From NCBI RefSeq assembly GCF_009914755.1, contig NC_060947.1: 64,000 bases of DNA; one strand, written 5' to 3'. This DNA comes from the human T2T-CHM13v2.0 reference genome, Homo sapiens. Shown here piece by piece: positions 24,901 to 39,900 of the stretch. Under the pieces are notes generated by a model. That model had not been told where the DNA came from. It was given only the letters and a program-made list of their open reading frames with translations, and made no database searches. Within the stretch, counting starts at the first letter, position 1. Every line of letters starts with the position of its first letter. Both the position numbers and the translations under genes were made by a program.

Positions 24901-27900
24901 CGAAATCCTCAGAGAGCTCCAAATATCCACCTGCAGATTCTACCAAAAGTGTATTTGGAAACTGCTCCATCAAAAGGCATGTTCAGCTCTGTGAGTGAAA
25001 CTCCATCATCACAAAGAATATTCTGAGAATGCTTCCGTTTGCCTTTTATATGAAGTTCCTTCCTGTACTACCGTAGGCCTCAAAGCAGTCCAAATCTCCA
25101 TTTGCAGATTCTACAAAAAGAGTGATTCCAATCTGCTCTATCAAAAGGATTGTTCAACTCCATGAGTTGAATGCCATCCTCACAAAGCAGTTTCTGAGAA
25201 TGCTTCTATCTGGTTTTTGTGTGAAGATATTTCCTTTTCCACCACAGGCCTCAAAGCCCTCCAAACGTCCACTTGCAGATTCTCGAAAAAGAGTGTTTCA
25301 TAGCTGCTCTTTCAAAAGGAAAGTTCAACTCTGGGAGTTGAATACAAACATCACAAAATAGTTTCCGAGAATGCTTCTGTTTAGTTTCTATGTGAAGATG
25401 ATCCCGTTTCCAGTGAAATCTTCAAAGAGGTCCACATATCCCCTTGCAGATTCCAAAGAAAGAGGGTTTCAAAACTGCTCCATCAGAAGGATTGTTCAAC
25501 TCTGTGAGTTGAATGCAGTCATCGCAGAAAACTTTCTGAGAATGCTTCTGTCTAGGTTTGATGTGAAGATATAGACGTTTCAAACGAAGGCTACAAAGTG
25601 GTCAAAATATACACTTGCAGATTCTACTACAAGGGTGTTGCAAACCTGAACTATCAAAGGAAGGTTCAACTCTGTGAGTTGAATACAAACATCACAAAGA
25701 ATGTTCTGAGTTTGCTTCCGTTCAGTTATGGGAAGTTGATCCCGTTTCCAACGAAATCCTCAGAGAGGTCCAAATATCCCCTCACAGATTCTACAAAACG
25801 TGTGTTTGGAAACTGCTCCATCATAACGAATGTTCAGCTCCCTGAGTTAAACTCCATCGTCACAAAGAATTTTCTGAGAGTGCTACCGTCTGGTTTTTAT
25901 ATGAAGTTCTTTCCTTCACTACCACAGGCCTCAAAGCGGTCCAAATCTCCACTTGCAGATTCTACAAAAAGAGTGTTTGCAAACTGCTCTATCAAAAGGA
26001 ATGTTCAACTCTGGGAGTTGAATGCAATCATCACAGAGCAGTTTCTGAGAATGCTTCTATGTCGTTTTTAGGAGAAGATATTTCCTTTTCCAACACAGTC
26101 CTCCAAGCCCGCTAAATAGCCACTTGCACATTGTAGAAAAAGTGTGTCGAAGCTGCGCTATCAAAGGGAAAGTTCAACTCTGTGAGGTGAATGCAAACAT
26201 CCCAAAGAAGTTTCTGAGAATGCTTCCGTTTAGCTTTTAGGTGAAGATTATCCCGTTTCCAACGAAACCTTCAAAGAGGTCCAAATATCCCCTTGCGGAT
26301 CCCACAGAAAGAGTGTTTCGAAACTGCTGTTTCAAAAGGAATCTTCAACTCTGTGAGTTGAATGCAATCATCACAAAGAAGTTTCTGACAATGCTTCTCT
26401 CTCGTCTTTCTGTGAAGATAAAGGAAAAGGCTTTCAGGCCTTTTCCACCACAGGCCTGAAAGCGCTCCAAATGTCCACTTGCAGATTCTGCGAAAAGAAT
26501 ATTTCAAAACTGCTCTATGAAAAGCAATGTTAAACTCTGTGGCTCGAACACAAACATCACAAAGCGGTTTCTGAGAATGCTTCAGTTTAGTTTTTCTGTG
26601 GAAATATTCCCGTTTCCAAAGAAATCTTCAAAGAGGTCCACGTATCCACTTACAGATTCTACAAAAAGACAGTTTCAAAACTGCTCCATCAAAAGGAGGG
26701 TTCAACTGTGTGACTTGAATGCAATCATCACTCAGAAGTTTCTGAGAATGCTTCTCTTTAGTTTTTACGTGAACATATACCCGTTTCGAACGAAGGCCAC
26801 CCAGTGGTCCAAATATCCACTTGCAGATTATACAGAAAGAGTGTTTCGAACCTGAACTCTCAAAGGCAGGTTCATCTCTGCGAGTTAAATGCATTCATCA
26901 TGAAGAACTTTCTCAGAGTGTTTGTGTTTAGTTATGGGAAATTATTCCCGTTTCCAACGAAATCCTCAGAGAGCTCCAAATATCCACCTGCAGATTCTAC
27001 CAAAAGTGTATTTGGAAACTGCTCCATCAAAAGGCATGTTCAGCTCTGTGAGTGAAACTCCATCATCACAAAGAATATTCTGAGAATGCTTCCGTTTGCC
27101 TTTTATCTGAAGTTCCTTCCTATACGACCGTAGGCCTCAAAGCAGTCCAAATCTCCATTTGCAGATTCTACAAAAAGAGTGATTCCAATCTGCTCTATCA
27201 ATAGGATTGTTCAACTCCATGAGTTGAATGCCATCCTCACAAAGTCGTTTCTGAGAATGCTTCTATCTGGTTTTTGTGTGAAGATATTTCCTTTTCCACC
27301 ACAGGCCTCAAAGCCCTCCAAACGTCCACTTGCAGATTCTCGAAAAAGAGTGTTTCATAGCTGCTCTTTCAAAAGGAAAGTTCAACTCTGGGAGTTGAAT
27401 ACAAACATCACAAAGTAGTTTCCGAGAATGCTTCTGTTTAGTTTTTATGTGAAGATGATCCCGTTTCCAGTGAAATCTTCAAAGAGGTCCACATATCCCC
27501 TTGCAGATTCCAAAGAAAGAGGGTTTCAAAACTGCTCCATCAGAAGGATTGTTCAACTCTGTGAGTTGAATGCAGTCATCGCAGAAAACTTTCTGAGAAT
27601 GCTTCTGTCTAGGTTTGATGTGAAGATATAGACGTTTCAAACGAAGGCTACAAAGTGGTCAAAATATACACTTGCAGATTCTACTACAAGGGTGTTGCAA
27701 ACCTGAACTATCAAAGGAAGGTTCAACTCTGTGAGTTGAATACAAACATCACAAAGAATGTTCTGAGTTTGCTTCCGTTCAGTTATGGGAAGTTGATCCC
27801 GTTTCCAACGAAATCCTCAGAGAGGTCCAAATATCCCCTTGCAGATTCTACAAAACGTGTGTTTGGAAACTGCTCCATCATAACGAATGTTCAGCTCCCT

Positions 27901-30900
27901 GAGTTAAACTCCATCGTCACAAAGAATTTTCTGAGAGTGCTACCGTCTGGTTTTTATATGAAGTTCTTTCCTTCACTACCACAGGCCTCAAAGCGGTCCA
28001 AATCTCCACTTGCAGATTCTACAAAAAGAGTGTTTGCAAACTGCTCTATCAAAAGGAATGTTCAACTCTGGGAGTTGAATGCAATCATCACAGAGCAGTT
28101 TCTGAGAATGCTTCTATGTCGTTTTTAGGAGAAGATATTTCCTTTTCCAACACAGTCCTCCAAGCCCGCTAAATAGCCACTTGCACGTTGTAGAAAAAGT
28201 GTGTCAAAGCTGCGCTATCAAAGGGAAAGTTCAACTCTGTGAGGTGAATGCAAACATCCCAAAGAAGTTTCTGAGAATGCTTCCGTTTAGCTTTTAGGTG
28301 AAGATTATCCCGTTTCCAACGAAACCTTCAAAGAGGTCCAAATATCCCCTTGCGGATCCCACAGAAAGAGTGTTTCGAAACTGCTGTTTCAAAAGGAATC
28401 TTCAACTCTGTGAGTTGAATGCAATCATCACAAAGAAGTTTCTGACAATGCTTCTCTCTCGTCTTTCTGTGAAGATAAAGGAAAAGGCTTTCAGGCCTTT
28501 GCCACCACAGGCCTGAAAGCGCTCCAAATGTCCACTTGCAGATTCTGCGAAAAGAATATTTCAAAACTGCTCTATGAAAAGCAATGTTAAACTCTGTGGC
28601 TCGAACACAAACATCACAAAGCGGTTTCTGAGAATGCTTCAGTTTAGTTTTTCTGTGGAAATATTCCCGTTTCCAAAGAAATCTTCAAAGAGGTCCACGT
28701 ATCCACTTACAGATTCTACAAAAAGACAGTTTCAAAACTGCTCCATCAAAAGGAGGGTTCAACTGTGTGACTTGAATGCAATCATCACTCAGAAGTTTCT
28801 GAGAATGCTTCTCTTTAGTTTTTACGTGAACATATACCCGTTTCGAACGAAGGCCACCCAGTGGTCCAAATATCCACTTGCAGATTATACAGAAAGAGTG
28901 TTTCGAACCTGAACTCTCAAAGGCAGGTTCATCTCTGCGAGTTAAATGCATTCATCATGAAGAACTTTCTCAGCGTGTTTGTGTTTAGTTATGGGAAATT
29001 ATTCCCGTTTCCAACGAAATCCTCAGAGAGCTCCAAATATCCACCTGCAGATTCTACCAAAAGTGTATTTGGAAACTGCTCCATCAAAAGGCATGTTCAG
29101 CTCTGTGAGTGAAACTCCATCATCACAATGAATATTCTGAGAATGCTTCCGTTTGCCTTTTATATGAAGTTCCTTCCTGTACTACCGTAGGCCTCAAAGC
29201 AGTCGAAATCTCCATTTGCAGATTCTATAAAAAGAGTGATTCCAATCTGCTCTATCAATAGGATTGTTCAACTCCATGAGTTGAATGCCATCCTCACAAA
29301 GTAGTTTCTGAGAATGCTTCTATCTGGTTTTTGTGTGAAGATATTTCCTTTTCCACCACAGGCCTCAAAGCCCTCCAAACGTCCACTTGCAGATTCTCGA
29401 AAAAGAGTGTTTTATAGCTGCTCTTTCAAAAGGAAAGTTCAACTCTGGGAGTTGAATACAAACATCACAAAGTAGTTTCCGAGAATGCTTCTGTTTAGTT
29501 TTTATGTGAAGATGATCCCGTTTCCAGTGAAATCTTCAAAGAGGTCCACATATCCCCTTGCAGATTCCAAAGAAAGAGGGTTTCAAAACTGCTCCATCAG
29601 AAGGATTGTTCAACTCTGTGAGTTGAATGCAGTCATCGCAGAAAACTTTCTGAGAATGCTTCTGTCTAGGTTTGATGTGAAGATATAGACGTTTCAAACG
29701 AAGGCTACAAAGTGGTCAAAATATACACTTGCAGATTCTACTACAAGGGTGTTGCAAACCTGAACTATCAAAGGAAGGTTCAACTCTGTGAGTTGAATAC
29801 AAACATCACAAAGAATGTTCTGAGTTTGCTTCCGTTCAGTTATGGGAAGTTGATCCCGTTTCCAACGAAATCCTCAGAGAGGTCCAAATATCCCCTCGCA
29901 GATTCTACAAAACGTGTGTTTGGAAACTGCTCCATCATAACGAATGTTCAGCTCCCTGAGTTAAACTCCATCGTCACAAAGAATTTTCTGAGAGTGCTAC
30001 CGTCTGGTTTTTATATGAAGTTCTTTCCTTCACTACCACAGGCCTCAAAGCGGTCCAAATCTCCACTTGCAGATTCTACAAAAAGAGTGTTTGCAAACTG
30101 CTCTATCAAAAGGAATGTTCAACTCTGGGAGTTGAATGCAATCATCACAGAGCAGTTTCTGAGAATGCTTCTATGTCGTTTTTAGGAGAAGATATTTCCT
30201 TTTCCAACACAGTCCTCCAAGCCCGCTAAATAGCCACTTGCACATTGTAGAAAAAGTGTGTCAAAGCTGCGCTATCAAAGGGAAAGTTCAACTCTGTGAG
30301 GTGAATGCAAACATCCCAAAGAAGTTTCTGAGAATGCTTCCGTTTAGCTTTTAGGGGAAGATTATCCCGTTTCCAACGAAACCTTCAAAGAGGTCCAAAT
30401 ATCCCCTTGCGGATCCCACAGAAAGAGTGTTTCGAAACTGCTGTTTCAAAAGGAATCTTCAACTCTGTGAGTTGAATGCAATCATCACAAAGAAGTTTCT
30501 GACAATGCTTCTCTCTCGTCTTTCTGTGAAGATAAAGGAAAAGGCTTTCAGGCCTTTTCCACCACAGGCCTGAAAGCGCTCCAAATGTCCACTTGCAGAT
30601 TCTGCGAAAAGAATATTTCAAAACTGCTCTATGAAAAGCAATGTTAAACTCTGTGGCTCGAACACAAACATCACAAAGCGGTTTCTGAGAATGCTTCAGT
30701 TTAGTTTTTCTGTGGAAATATTCCCGTTTCCAAAGAAATCTTCAAAGAGGTCCACGTATCCACTTACAGATTCTACAAAAAGACAGTTTCAAAACTGCTC
30801 CATCAAAAGGAGGGTTCAACCGTGTGACTTGAATGCAATCATCACTCAGAAGTTTCTGAGAATGCTTCTCTTTAGTTTTTACGTGAACATATACCCGTTT

Positions 30901-33900
30901 CGAACGAAGGCCACCCAGTGGTCCAAATATCCACTTGCAGATTCTACAGAAAGAGTGTTTCGAACCTGAACTCTCAAAGGCAGGTTCATCTCTGCGAGTT
31001 AAATGCATTCATCATGAAGAACTTTCTCAGAGTGTTTGTGTTTAGTTATGGGAAATTATTCCCGTTTCCAACGAAATCCTCAGAGAGCTCCAAATATCCA
31101 CCTGCAGATTCTACCAAAAGTGTATTTGGAAACTGCTCCATCAAAAGGCATGTTCAGCTCTGTGAGTGAAACTCCATCATCACAAAGAATATTCTGAGAA
31201 TGCTTCCGTTTGCCTTTTATATGAAGTTCCTTCCTGTACTACCGTAGGCCTCAAAGCAGTCCAAATCTCCATTTGCAGATTCTATAAAAAGAGTGATTCC
31301 AATCTGCTCTATCAATAGGATTGTTCAACTCCATGAGTTGAATGCCATCCTCACAAAGTAGTTTCTGAGAATGCTTCTATCTGGTTTTTGTGTGAAGATA
31401 TTTCCTTTTCCACCACAGGCCTCAAAGCCCTCCAAACGTCCACTTGCAGATTCTCGAAAAAGAGTGTTTTATAGCTGCTCTTTCAAAAGGAAAGTTCAAC
31501 TCTGGGAGTTGAATACAAACATCACAAAGTAGTTTCCGAGAATGCTTCTGTTTAGTTTTTATGTGAGGATGATCCCGTTTCCAGTGAAATCTTCAAAGAG
31601 GTCCACATATCCCCTTGCAGATTCCAAAGAAAGAGGGTTTCAAAACTGCTCCATCAGAAGGATTGTTCAACTCTGTGAGTTGAATGCAGTCATCGCAGAA
31701 AACTTTCTGAGAATGCTTCTGTCTAGGTTTGATGTGAAGATATAGACGTTTCAAACGAAGGCTACAAAGTGGTCAAAATATACACTTGCAGATTCTACTA
31801 CAAGGGTGTTGCAAACCTGAACTATCAAAGGAAGGTTCAACTCTGTGAGTTGAATACAAACATCACAAAGAATGTTCTGAGTTTGCTTCCGTTCAGTTAT
31901 GGGAAGTTGATCCCGTTTCCAACGAAATCCTCAGAGAGGTCCAAATATCCCCTCACAGATTCTACAAAACGTGTGTTTGGAAACTGCTCCATCATAACGA
32001 ATGTTCAGCTCCCTGAGTTAAACTCCATCGTCACAAAGAATTTTCTGAGAGTGCTACCGTCTGGTTTTTATATGAAGTTCTTTCCTTCACTACCACAGGC
32101 CTCAAAGCGGTCCAAATCTCCACTTGCAGATTCTACAAAAAGAGTGTTTGCAAACTGCTCTATCAAAAGGAATGTTCAACTCTGGGAGTTGAATGCAATC
32201 ATCACAGAGCAGTTTCTGAGAATGCTTCTATGTCGTTTTTAGGAGAAGATATTTCCTTTTCCAACACAGTCCTCCAAGCCCGCTAAATAGCCACTTGCAC
32301 ATTGTAGAAAAAGTGTGTCAAAGCTGCGCTATCAAAGGGAAAGTTCAACTCTGTGAGGTGAATGCAAACATCCCAAAGAAGTTTCTGAGAATGCTTCCGT
32401 TTAGCTTTTAGGGGAAGATTATCCCGTTTCCAACGAAACCTTCAAAGAGGTCCAAATATCCCCTTGCGGATCCCACAGAAAGAGTGTTTCGAAACTGCTG
32501 TTTCAAAAGGAATCTTCAACTCTGTGAGTTGAATGCAATCATCACAAAGAAGTTTCTGACAATGCTTCTCTCTCGTCTTTCTGTGAAGATAAAGGAAAAG
32601 GCTTTCAGGCCTTTTCCACCACAGGCCTGAAAGCGCTCCAAATGTCCACTTGCAGATTCTGCGAAAAGAATATTTCAAAACTGCTCTATGAAAAGCAATG
32701 TTAAACTCTGTGGCTCGAACACAAACATCACAAAGCGGTTTCTGAGAATGCTTCAGTTTAGTTTTTCTGTGGAAATATTCCCGTTTCCAAAGAAATCTTC
32801 AAAGAGGTCCACGTATCCACTTACAGATTCTACAAAAAGACAGTTTCAAAACTGCTCCATCAAAAGGAGGGTTCAACCGTGTGACTTGAATGCAATCATC
32901 ACTCAGAAGTTTCTGAGAATGCTTCTCTTTAGTTTTTACGTGAACATATACCCGTTTCGAACGAAGGCCACCCAGTGGTCCAAATATCCACTTGCAGATT
33001 ATACAGAAAGAGTGTTTCGAACCTGAACTCTCAAAGGCAGGTTCATCTCTGCGAGTTAAATGCATTCATCATGAAGAACTTTCTCAGAGTGTTTGTGTTT
33101 AGTTATGGGAAATTATTCCCGTTTCCAACGAAATCCTCAGAGAGCTCCAAATATCCACCTGCAGATTCTACCAAAAGTGTATTTGGAAACTGCTCCATCA
33201 AAAGGCATGTTCAGCTCTGTGAGTGAAACTCCATCATCACAAAGAATATTCTGAGAATGCTTCCGTTTGCCTTTTATATGAAGTTCCTTCCTGTACTACC
33301 GTAGGCCTCAAAGCAGTCCAAATCTCCATTTGCAGATTCTACAAAAAGAGTGATTCCAATCTGCTCTATCAATAGGATTGTTCAACTCCATGAGTTGAAT
33401 GCCATCCTCACAAAGTAGTTTCTGAGAATGCTTCTATCTGGTTTTTGTGTGAAGATATTTCCTTTTCCACCACAGGCCTCAAAGCCCTCCAAACGTCCAC
33501 TTGCAGATTCTCGAAAAAGAGTGTTTCATAGCTGCTCTTTCAAAAGGAAAGTTCAACTCTGGGAGTTGAATACAAACATCACAAAGTAGTTTCCGAGAAT
33601 GCTTCTGTTTAGTTTTTATGTGAAGATGATCCCGTTTCCAGTGAAATCTTCAAAGAGGTCCACATATCCCCTTGCAGATTCCAAAGAAAGAGGGTTTCAA
33701 AACTGCTCCATCAGAAGGATTGTTCAACTCTGTGAGTTGAATGCAGTCATCGCAGAAAACTTTCTGAGAATGCTTCTGTCTAGGTTTGATGTGAAGATAT
33801 AGACGTTTCAAACGAAGGCTACAAAGTGGTCAAAATATACACTTGCAGATTCTACTACAAGGGTGTTGCAAACCTGAACTATCAAAGGAAGGTTCAACTC

Positions 33901-36900
33901 TGTGAGTTGAATACAAACATCACAAAGAATGTTCTGAGTTTGCTTCCGTTCAGTTATGGGAAGTTGATCCCGTTTCCAACGAAATCCTCAGAGAGGTCCA
34001 AATATCCCCTCGCAGATTCTACAAAACGTGTGTTTGGAAACTGCTCCATCATAACGAATGTTCAGCTCCCTGAGTTAAACTCCATCGTCACAAAGAATTT
34101 TCTGAGAGTGCTACCGTCTGGTTTTTATATGAAGTTCTTTCCTTCACTACCACAGGCCTCAAAGCGGTCCAAATCTCCACTTGCAGATTCTACAAAAAGA
34201 GTGTTTGCAAACTGCTCTATCAAAAGGATTGTTCAACTCTGGGAGTTGAATGCAATCATCACAGAGCAGTTTCTGAGAATGCTTCTATGTCGTTTTTAGG
34301 AGAAGATATTTCCTTTTCCAACACAGTCCTCCAAGCCCGCTAAATAGCCACTTGCACATTGTAGAAAAAGTGTGTCAAAGCTGCGCTATCAAAGGGAAAG
34401 TTCAACTCTGTGAGGTGAATGCAAACATCCCAAAGAAGTTTCTGAGAATGCTTCCGTTTAGCTTTTAGGTGAAGATTATCCCGTTTCCAACGAAACCTTC
34501 AAAGAGGTCCAAATATCCCCTTGCGGATCCCACAGAAAGAGTGTTTCGAAACTGCTGTTTCAAAAGGAATCTTCAACTCTGTGAGTTGAATGCAATCATC
34601 ACAAAGAAGTTTCTGACAATGCTTCTCTCTCGTCTTTCTGTGAAGATAAAGGAAAAGGCTTTCAGGCCTTTTCCACCACAGGCCTGAAAGCGCTCCAAAT
34701 GTCCACTTGCAGATTCTGCGAAAAGAATATTTCAAAACTGCTCTATGAAAAGCAATGTTAAACTCTGCGGCTCGAACACAAACATCACAAAGCGGTTTCT
34801 GAGAATGCTTCAGTTTAGTTTTTCTGTGGAAATATTCCCGTTTCCAAAGAAATCTTCAAAGAGGTCCACGTATCCACTTACAGATTCTACAAAAAGACAG
34901 TTTCAAAACTGCTCCATCAAAAGGAGGGTTCAACCGTGTGACTTGAATGCAATCATCACTCAGAAGTTTCTGAGAATGCTTCTCTTTAGTTTTTACGTGA
35001 ACATATACCCGTTTCGAACGAAGGCCACCCAGTGGTCCAAATATCCACTTGCAGATTATACAGAAAGAGTGTTTCGAACCTGAACTCTCAAAGGCAGGTT
35101 CATCTCTGCGAGTTAAATGCATTCATCATGAAGAACTTTCTCAGAGTGTTTGTGTTTAGTTATGGGAAATTCTTCCCGTTTCCAACGAAATCCTCAGAGA
35201 GCTCCAAATATCCACCTGCAGATTCTACCAAAAGTGTATTTGGAAACTGCTCCATCAAAAGGCATGTTCAGCTCTGTGAGTGAAACTCCATCATCACAAA
35301 GAATATTCTGAGAATGCTTCCGTTTGCCTTTTATATGAAGTTCCTTCCTGTACTACCGTAGGCCTCAAAGCAGTCCAAATCTCCATTTGCAGATTCTACA
35401 AAAAGAGTGATTCCAATCTGCTCTATCAAAAGGATTGTTCAACTCCATGAGTTGAATGCCATCCTCACAAAGCAGTTTCTGAGAATGCTTCTATCTGGTT
35501 TTTGTGTGAAGATATTTCCTTTTCCACCACAGGCCTCAAAGCCCTCCAAACGTCCACTTGCAGATTCTCGAAAAAGAGTGTTTCATAGCTGCTCTTTCAA
35601 AAGGAAAGTTCAACTCTGGGAGTTGAATACAAACATCACAAAATAGTTTCCGAGAATGCTTCTGTTTAGTTTCTATGTGAAGATGATCCCGTTTCCAGTG
35701 AAATCTTCAAAGAGGTCCACATATCCCCTTGCAGATTCCAAAGAAAGAGGGTTTCAAAACTGCTCCATCAGAAGGATTGTTCAACTCTGTGAGTTGAATG
35801 CAGTCATCGCAGAAAACTTTCTGAGAATGCTTCTGTCTAGGTTTGATGTGAAGATATAGACGTTTCAAACGAAGGCTACAAAGTGGTCAAAATATACACT
35901 TGCAGATTCTACTACAAGGGTGTTGCAAACCTGAACTATCAAAGGAAGGTTCAACTCTGTGAGTTGAATACAAACATCACAAAGAATGTTCTGAGTTTGC
36001 TTCCGTTCAGTTATGGGAAGTTGATCCCGTTTCCAACGAAATCCTCAGAGAGGTCCAAATATCCCCTCACAGATTCTACAAAACGTGTGTTTGGAAACTG
36101 CTCCATCATAACGAATGTTCAGCTCCCTGAGTTAAACTCCATCGTCACAAAGAATTTTCTGAGAGTGCTACCGTCTGGTTTTTATATGAAGTTCTTTCCT
36201 TCACTACCACAGGCCTCAAAGCGGTCCAAATCTCCACTTGCAGATTCTACAAAAAGAGTGTTTGCAAACTGCTCTATCAAAAGGAATGTTCAACTCTGGG
36301 AGTTGAATGCAATCATCACAGAGCAGTTTCTGAGAATGCTTCTATGTCGTTTTTAGGAGAAGATATTTCCTTTTCCAACACAGTCCTCCAAGCCCGCTAA
36401 ATAGCCACTTGCACATTGTAGAAAAAGTGTGTCGAAGCTGCGCTATCAAAGGGAAAGTTCAACTCTGTGAGGTGAATGCAAACATCCCAAAGAAGTTTCT
36501 GAGAATGCTTCCGTTTAGCTTTTAGGTGAAGATTATCCCGTTTCCAACGAAACCTTCAAAGAGGTCCAAATATCCCCTTGCGGATCCCACAGAAAGAGTG
36601 TTTCGAAACTGCTGTTTCAAAAGGAATCTTCAACTCTGTGAGTTGAATGCAATCATCACAAAGAAGTTTCTGACAATGCTTCTCTCTCGTCTTTCTGTGA
36701 AGATAAAGGAAAAGGCTTTCAGGCCTTTTCCACCACAGGCCTGAAAGCGCTCCAAATGTCCACTTGCAGATTCTGCGAAAAGAATATTTCAAAACTGCTC
36801 TATGAAAAGCAATGTTAAACTCTGTGGCTCGAACACAAACATCACAAAGCGGTTTCTGAGAATGCTTCAGTTTAGTTTTTCTGTGGAAATATTCCCGTTT

Positions 36901-39900
36901 CCAAAGAAATCTTCAAAGAGGTCCACGTATCCACTTACAGATTCTACAAAAAGACAGTTTCAAAACTGCTCCATCAAAAGGAGGGTTCAACTGTGTGACT
37001 TGAATGCAATCATCACTCAGAAGTTTCTGAGAATGCTTCTCTTTAGTTTTTACGTGAACATATACCCGTTTCGAACGAAGGCCACCCAGTGGTCCAAATA
37101 TCCACTTGCAGATTATACAGAAAGAGTGTTTCGAACCTGAACTCTCAAAGGCAGGTTCATCTCTGCGAGTTAAATGCATTCATCATGAAGAACTTTCTCA
37201 GAGTGTTTGTGTTTAGTTATGGGAAATTATTCCCGTTTCCAACGAAATCCTCAGAGACCTCCAAATATCCACCTGCAGATTCTACCAAAAGTGTATTTGG
37301 AAACTGCTCCATCAAAAGGCATGTTCAGCTCTGTGAGTGAAACTCCATCATCACAAAGAATATTCTGAGAATGCTTCCGTTTGCCTTTTATCTGAAGTTC
37401 CTTCCTATACGACCGTAGGCCTCAAAGCAGTCCAAATCTCCATTTGCAGATTCTACAAAAAGAGTGATTCCAATCTGCTCTATCAATAGGATTGTTCAAC
37501 TCCATGAGTTGAATGCCATCCTCACAAAGTCGTTTCTGAGAATGCTTCTATCTGGTTTTTGTGTGAAGATATTTCCTTTTCCACCACAGGCCTCAAAGCC
37601 CTCCAAACGTCCACTTGCAGATTCTCGAAAAAGAGTGTTTCATAGCTGCTCTTTCAAAAGGAAAGTTCAACTCTGGGAGTTGAATACAAACATCACAAAG
37701 TAGTTTCCGAGAATGCTTCTGTTTAGTTTTTATGTGAAGATGATCCCGTTTCCAGTGAAATCTTCAAAGAGGTCCACATATCCCCTTGCAGATTCCAAAG
37801 AAAGAGGGTTTCAAAACTGCTCCATCAGAAGGATTGTTCAACTCTGTGAGTTGAATGCAGTCATCGCAGAAAACTTTCTGAGAATGCTTCTGTCTAGGTT
37901 TGATGTGAAGATATAGACGTTTCAAACGAAGGCTACAAAGTGGTCAAAATATACACTTGCAGATTCTACTACAAGGGTGTTGCAAACCTGAACTATCAAA
38001 GGAAGGTTCAACTCTGTGAGTTGAATACAAACATCACAAAGAATGTTCTGAGTTTGCTTCCGTTCAGTTATGGGAAGTTGATCCCGTTTCCAACGAAATC
38101 CTCAGAGAGGTCCAAATATCCCCTTGCAGATTCTACAAAACGTGTGTTTGGAAACTGCTCCATCATAACGAATGTTCAGCTCCCTGAGTTAAACTCCATC
38201 GTCACAAAGAATTTTCTGAGAGTGCTACCGTCTGGTTTTTATATGAAGTTCTTTCCTTCACTACCACAGGCCTCAAAGCGGTCCAAATCTCCACTTGCAG
38301 ATTCTACAAAAAGAGTGTTTGCAAACTGCTCTATCAAAAGGAATGTTCAACTCTGGGAGTTGAATGCAATCATCACAGAGCAGTTTCTGAGAATGCTTCT
38401 ATGTCGTTTTTAGGAGAAGATATTTCCTTTTCCAACACAGTCCTCCAAGCCCGCTAAATAGCCACTTGCACGTTGTAGAAAAAGTGTGTCAAAGCTGCGC
38501 TATCAAAGGGAAAGTTCAACTCTGTGAGGTGAATGCAAACATCCCAAAGAAGTTTCTGAGAATGCTTCCGTTTAGCTTTTAGGTGAAGATTATCCCGTTT
38601 CCAACGAAACCTTCAAAGAGGTCCAAATATCCCCTTGCGGATCCCACAGAAAGAGTGTTTCGAAACTGCTGTTTCAAAAGGAATCTTCAACTCTGTGAGT
38701 TGAATGCAATCATCACAAAGAAGTTTCTGACAATGCTTCTCTCTCGTCTTTCTGTGAAGATAAAGGAAAAGGCTTTCAGGCCTTTGCCACCACAGGCCTG
38801 AAAGCGCTCCAAATGTCCACTTGCAGATTCTGCGAAAAGAATATTTCAAAACTGCTCTATGAAAAGCAATGTTAAACTCTGTGGCTCGAACACAAACATC
38901 ACAAAGCGGTTTCTGAGAATGCTTCAGTTTAGTTTTTCTGTGGAAATATTCCCGTTTCCAAAGAAATCTTCAAAGAGGTCCACGTATCCACTTACAGATT
39001 CTACAAAAAGACAGTTTCAAAACTGCTCCATCAAAAGGAGGGTTCAACTGTGTGACTTGAATGCAATCATCACTCAGAAGTTTCTGAGAATGCTTCTCTT
39101 TAGTTTTTACGTGAACATATACCCGTTTCGAACGAAGGCCACCCAGTGGTCCAAATATCCACTTGCAGATTATACAGAAAGAGTGTTTCGAACCTGAACT
39201 CTCAAAGGCAGGTTCATCTCTGCGAGTTAAATGCATTCATCATGAAGAACTTTCTCAGCGTGTTTGTGTTTAGTTATGGGAAATTATTCCCGTTTCCAAC
39301 GAAATCCTCAGAGAGCTCCAAATATCCACCTGCAGATTCTACCAAAAGTGTATTTGGAAACTGCTCCATCAAAAGGCATGTTCAGCTCTGTGAGTGAAAC
39401 TCCATCATCACAATGAATATTCTGAGAATGCTTCCGTTTGCCTTTTATATGAAGTTCCTTCCTGTACTACCGTAGGCCTCAAAGCAGTCGAAATCTCCAT
39501 TTGCAGATTCTATAAAAAGAGTGATTCCAATCTGCTCTATCAATAGGATTGTTCAACTCCATGAGTTGAATGCCATCCTCACAAAGTAGTTTCTGAGAAT
39601 GCTTCTATCTGGTTTTTGTGTGAAGATATTTCCTTTTCCACCACAGGCCTCAAAGCCCTCCAAACGTCCACTTGCAGATTCTCGAAAAAGAGTGTTTTAT
39701 AGCTGCTCTTTCAAAAGGAAAGTTCAACTCTGGGAGTTGAATACAAACATCACAAAGTAGTTTCCGAGAATGCTTCTGTTTAGTTTTTATGTGAAGATGA
39801 TCCCGTTTCCAGTGAAATCTTCAAAGAGGTCCACATATCCCCTTGCAGATTCCAAAGAAAGAGGGTTTCAAAACTGCTCCATCAGAAGGATTGTTCAACT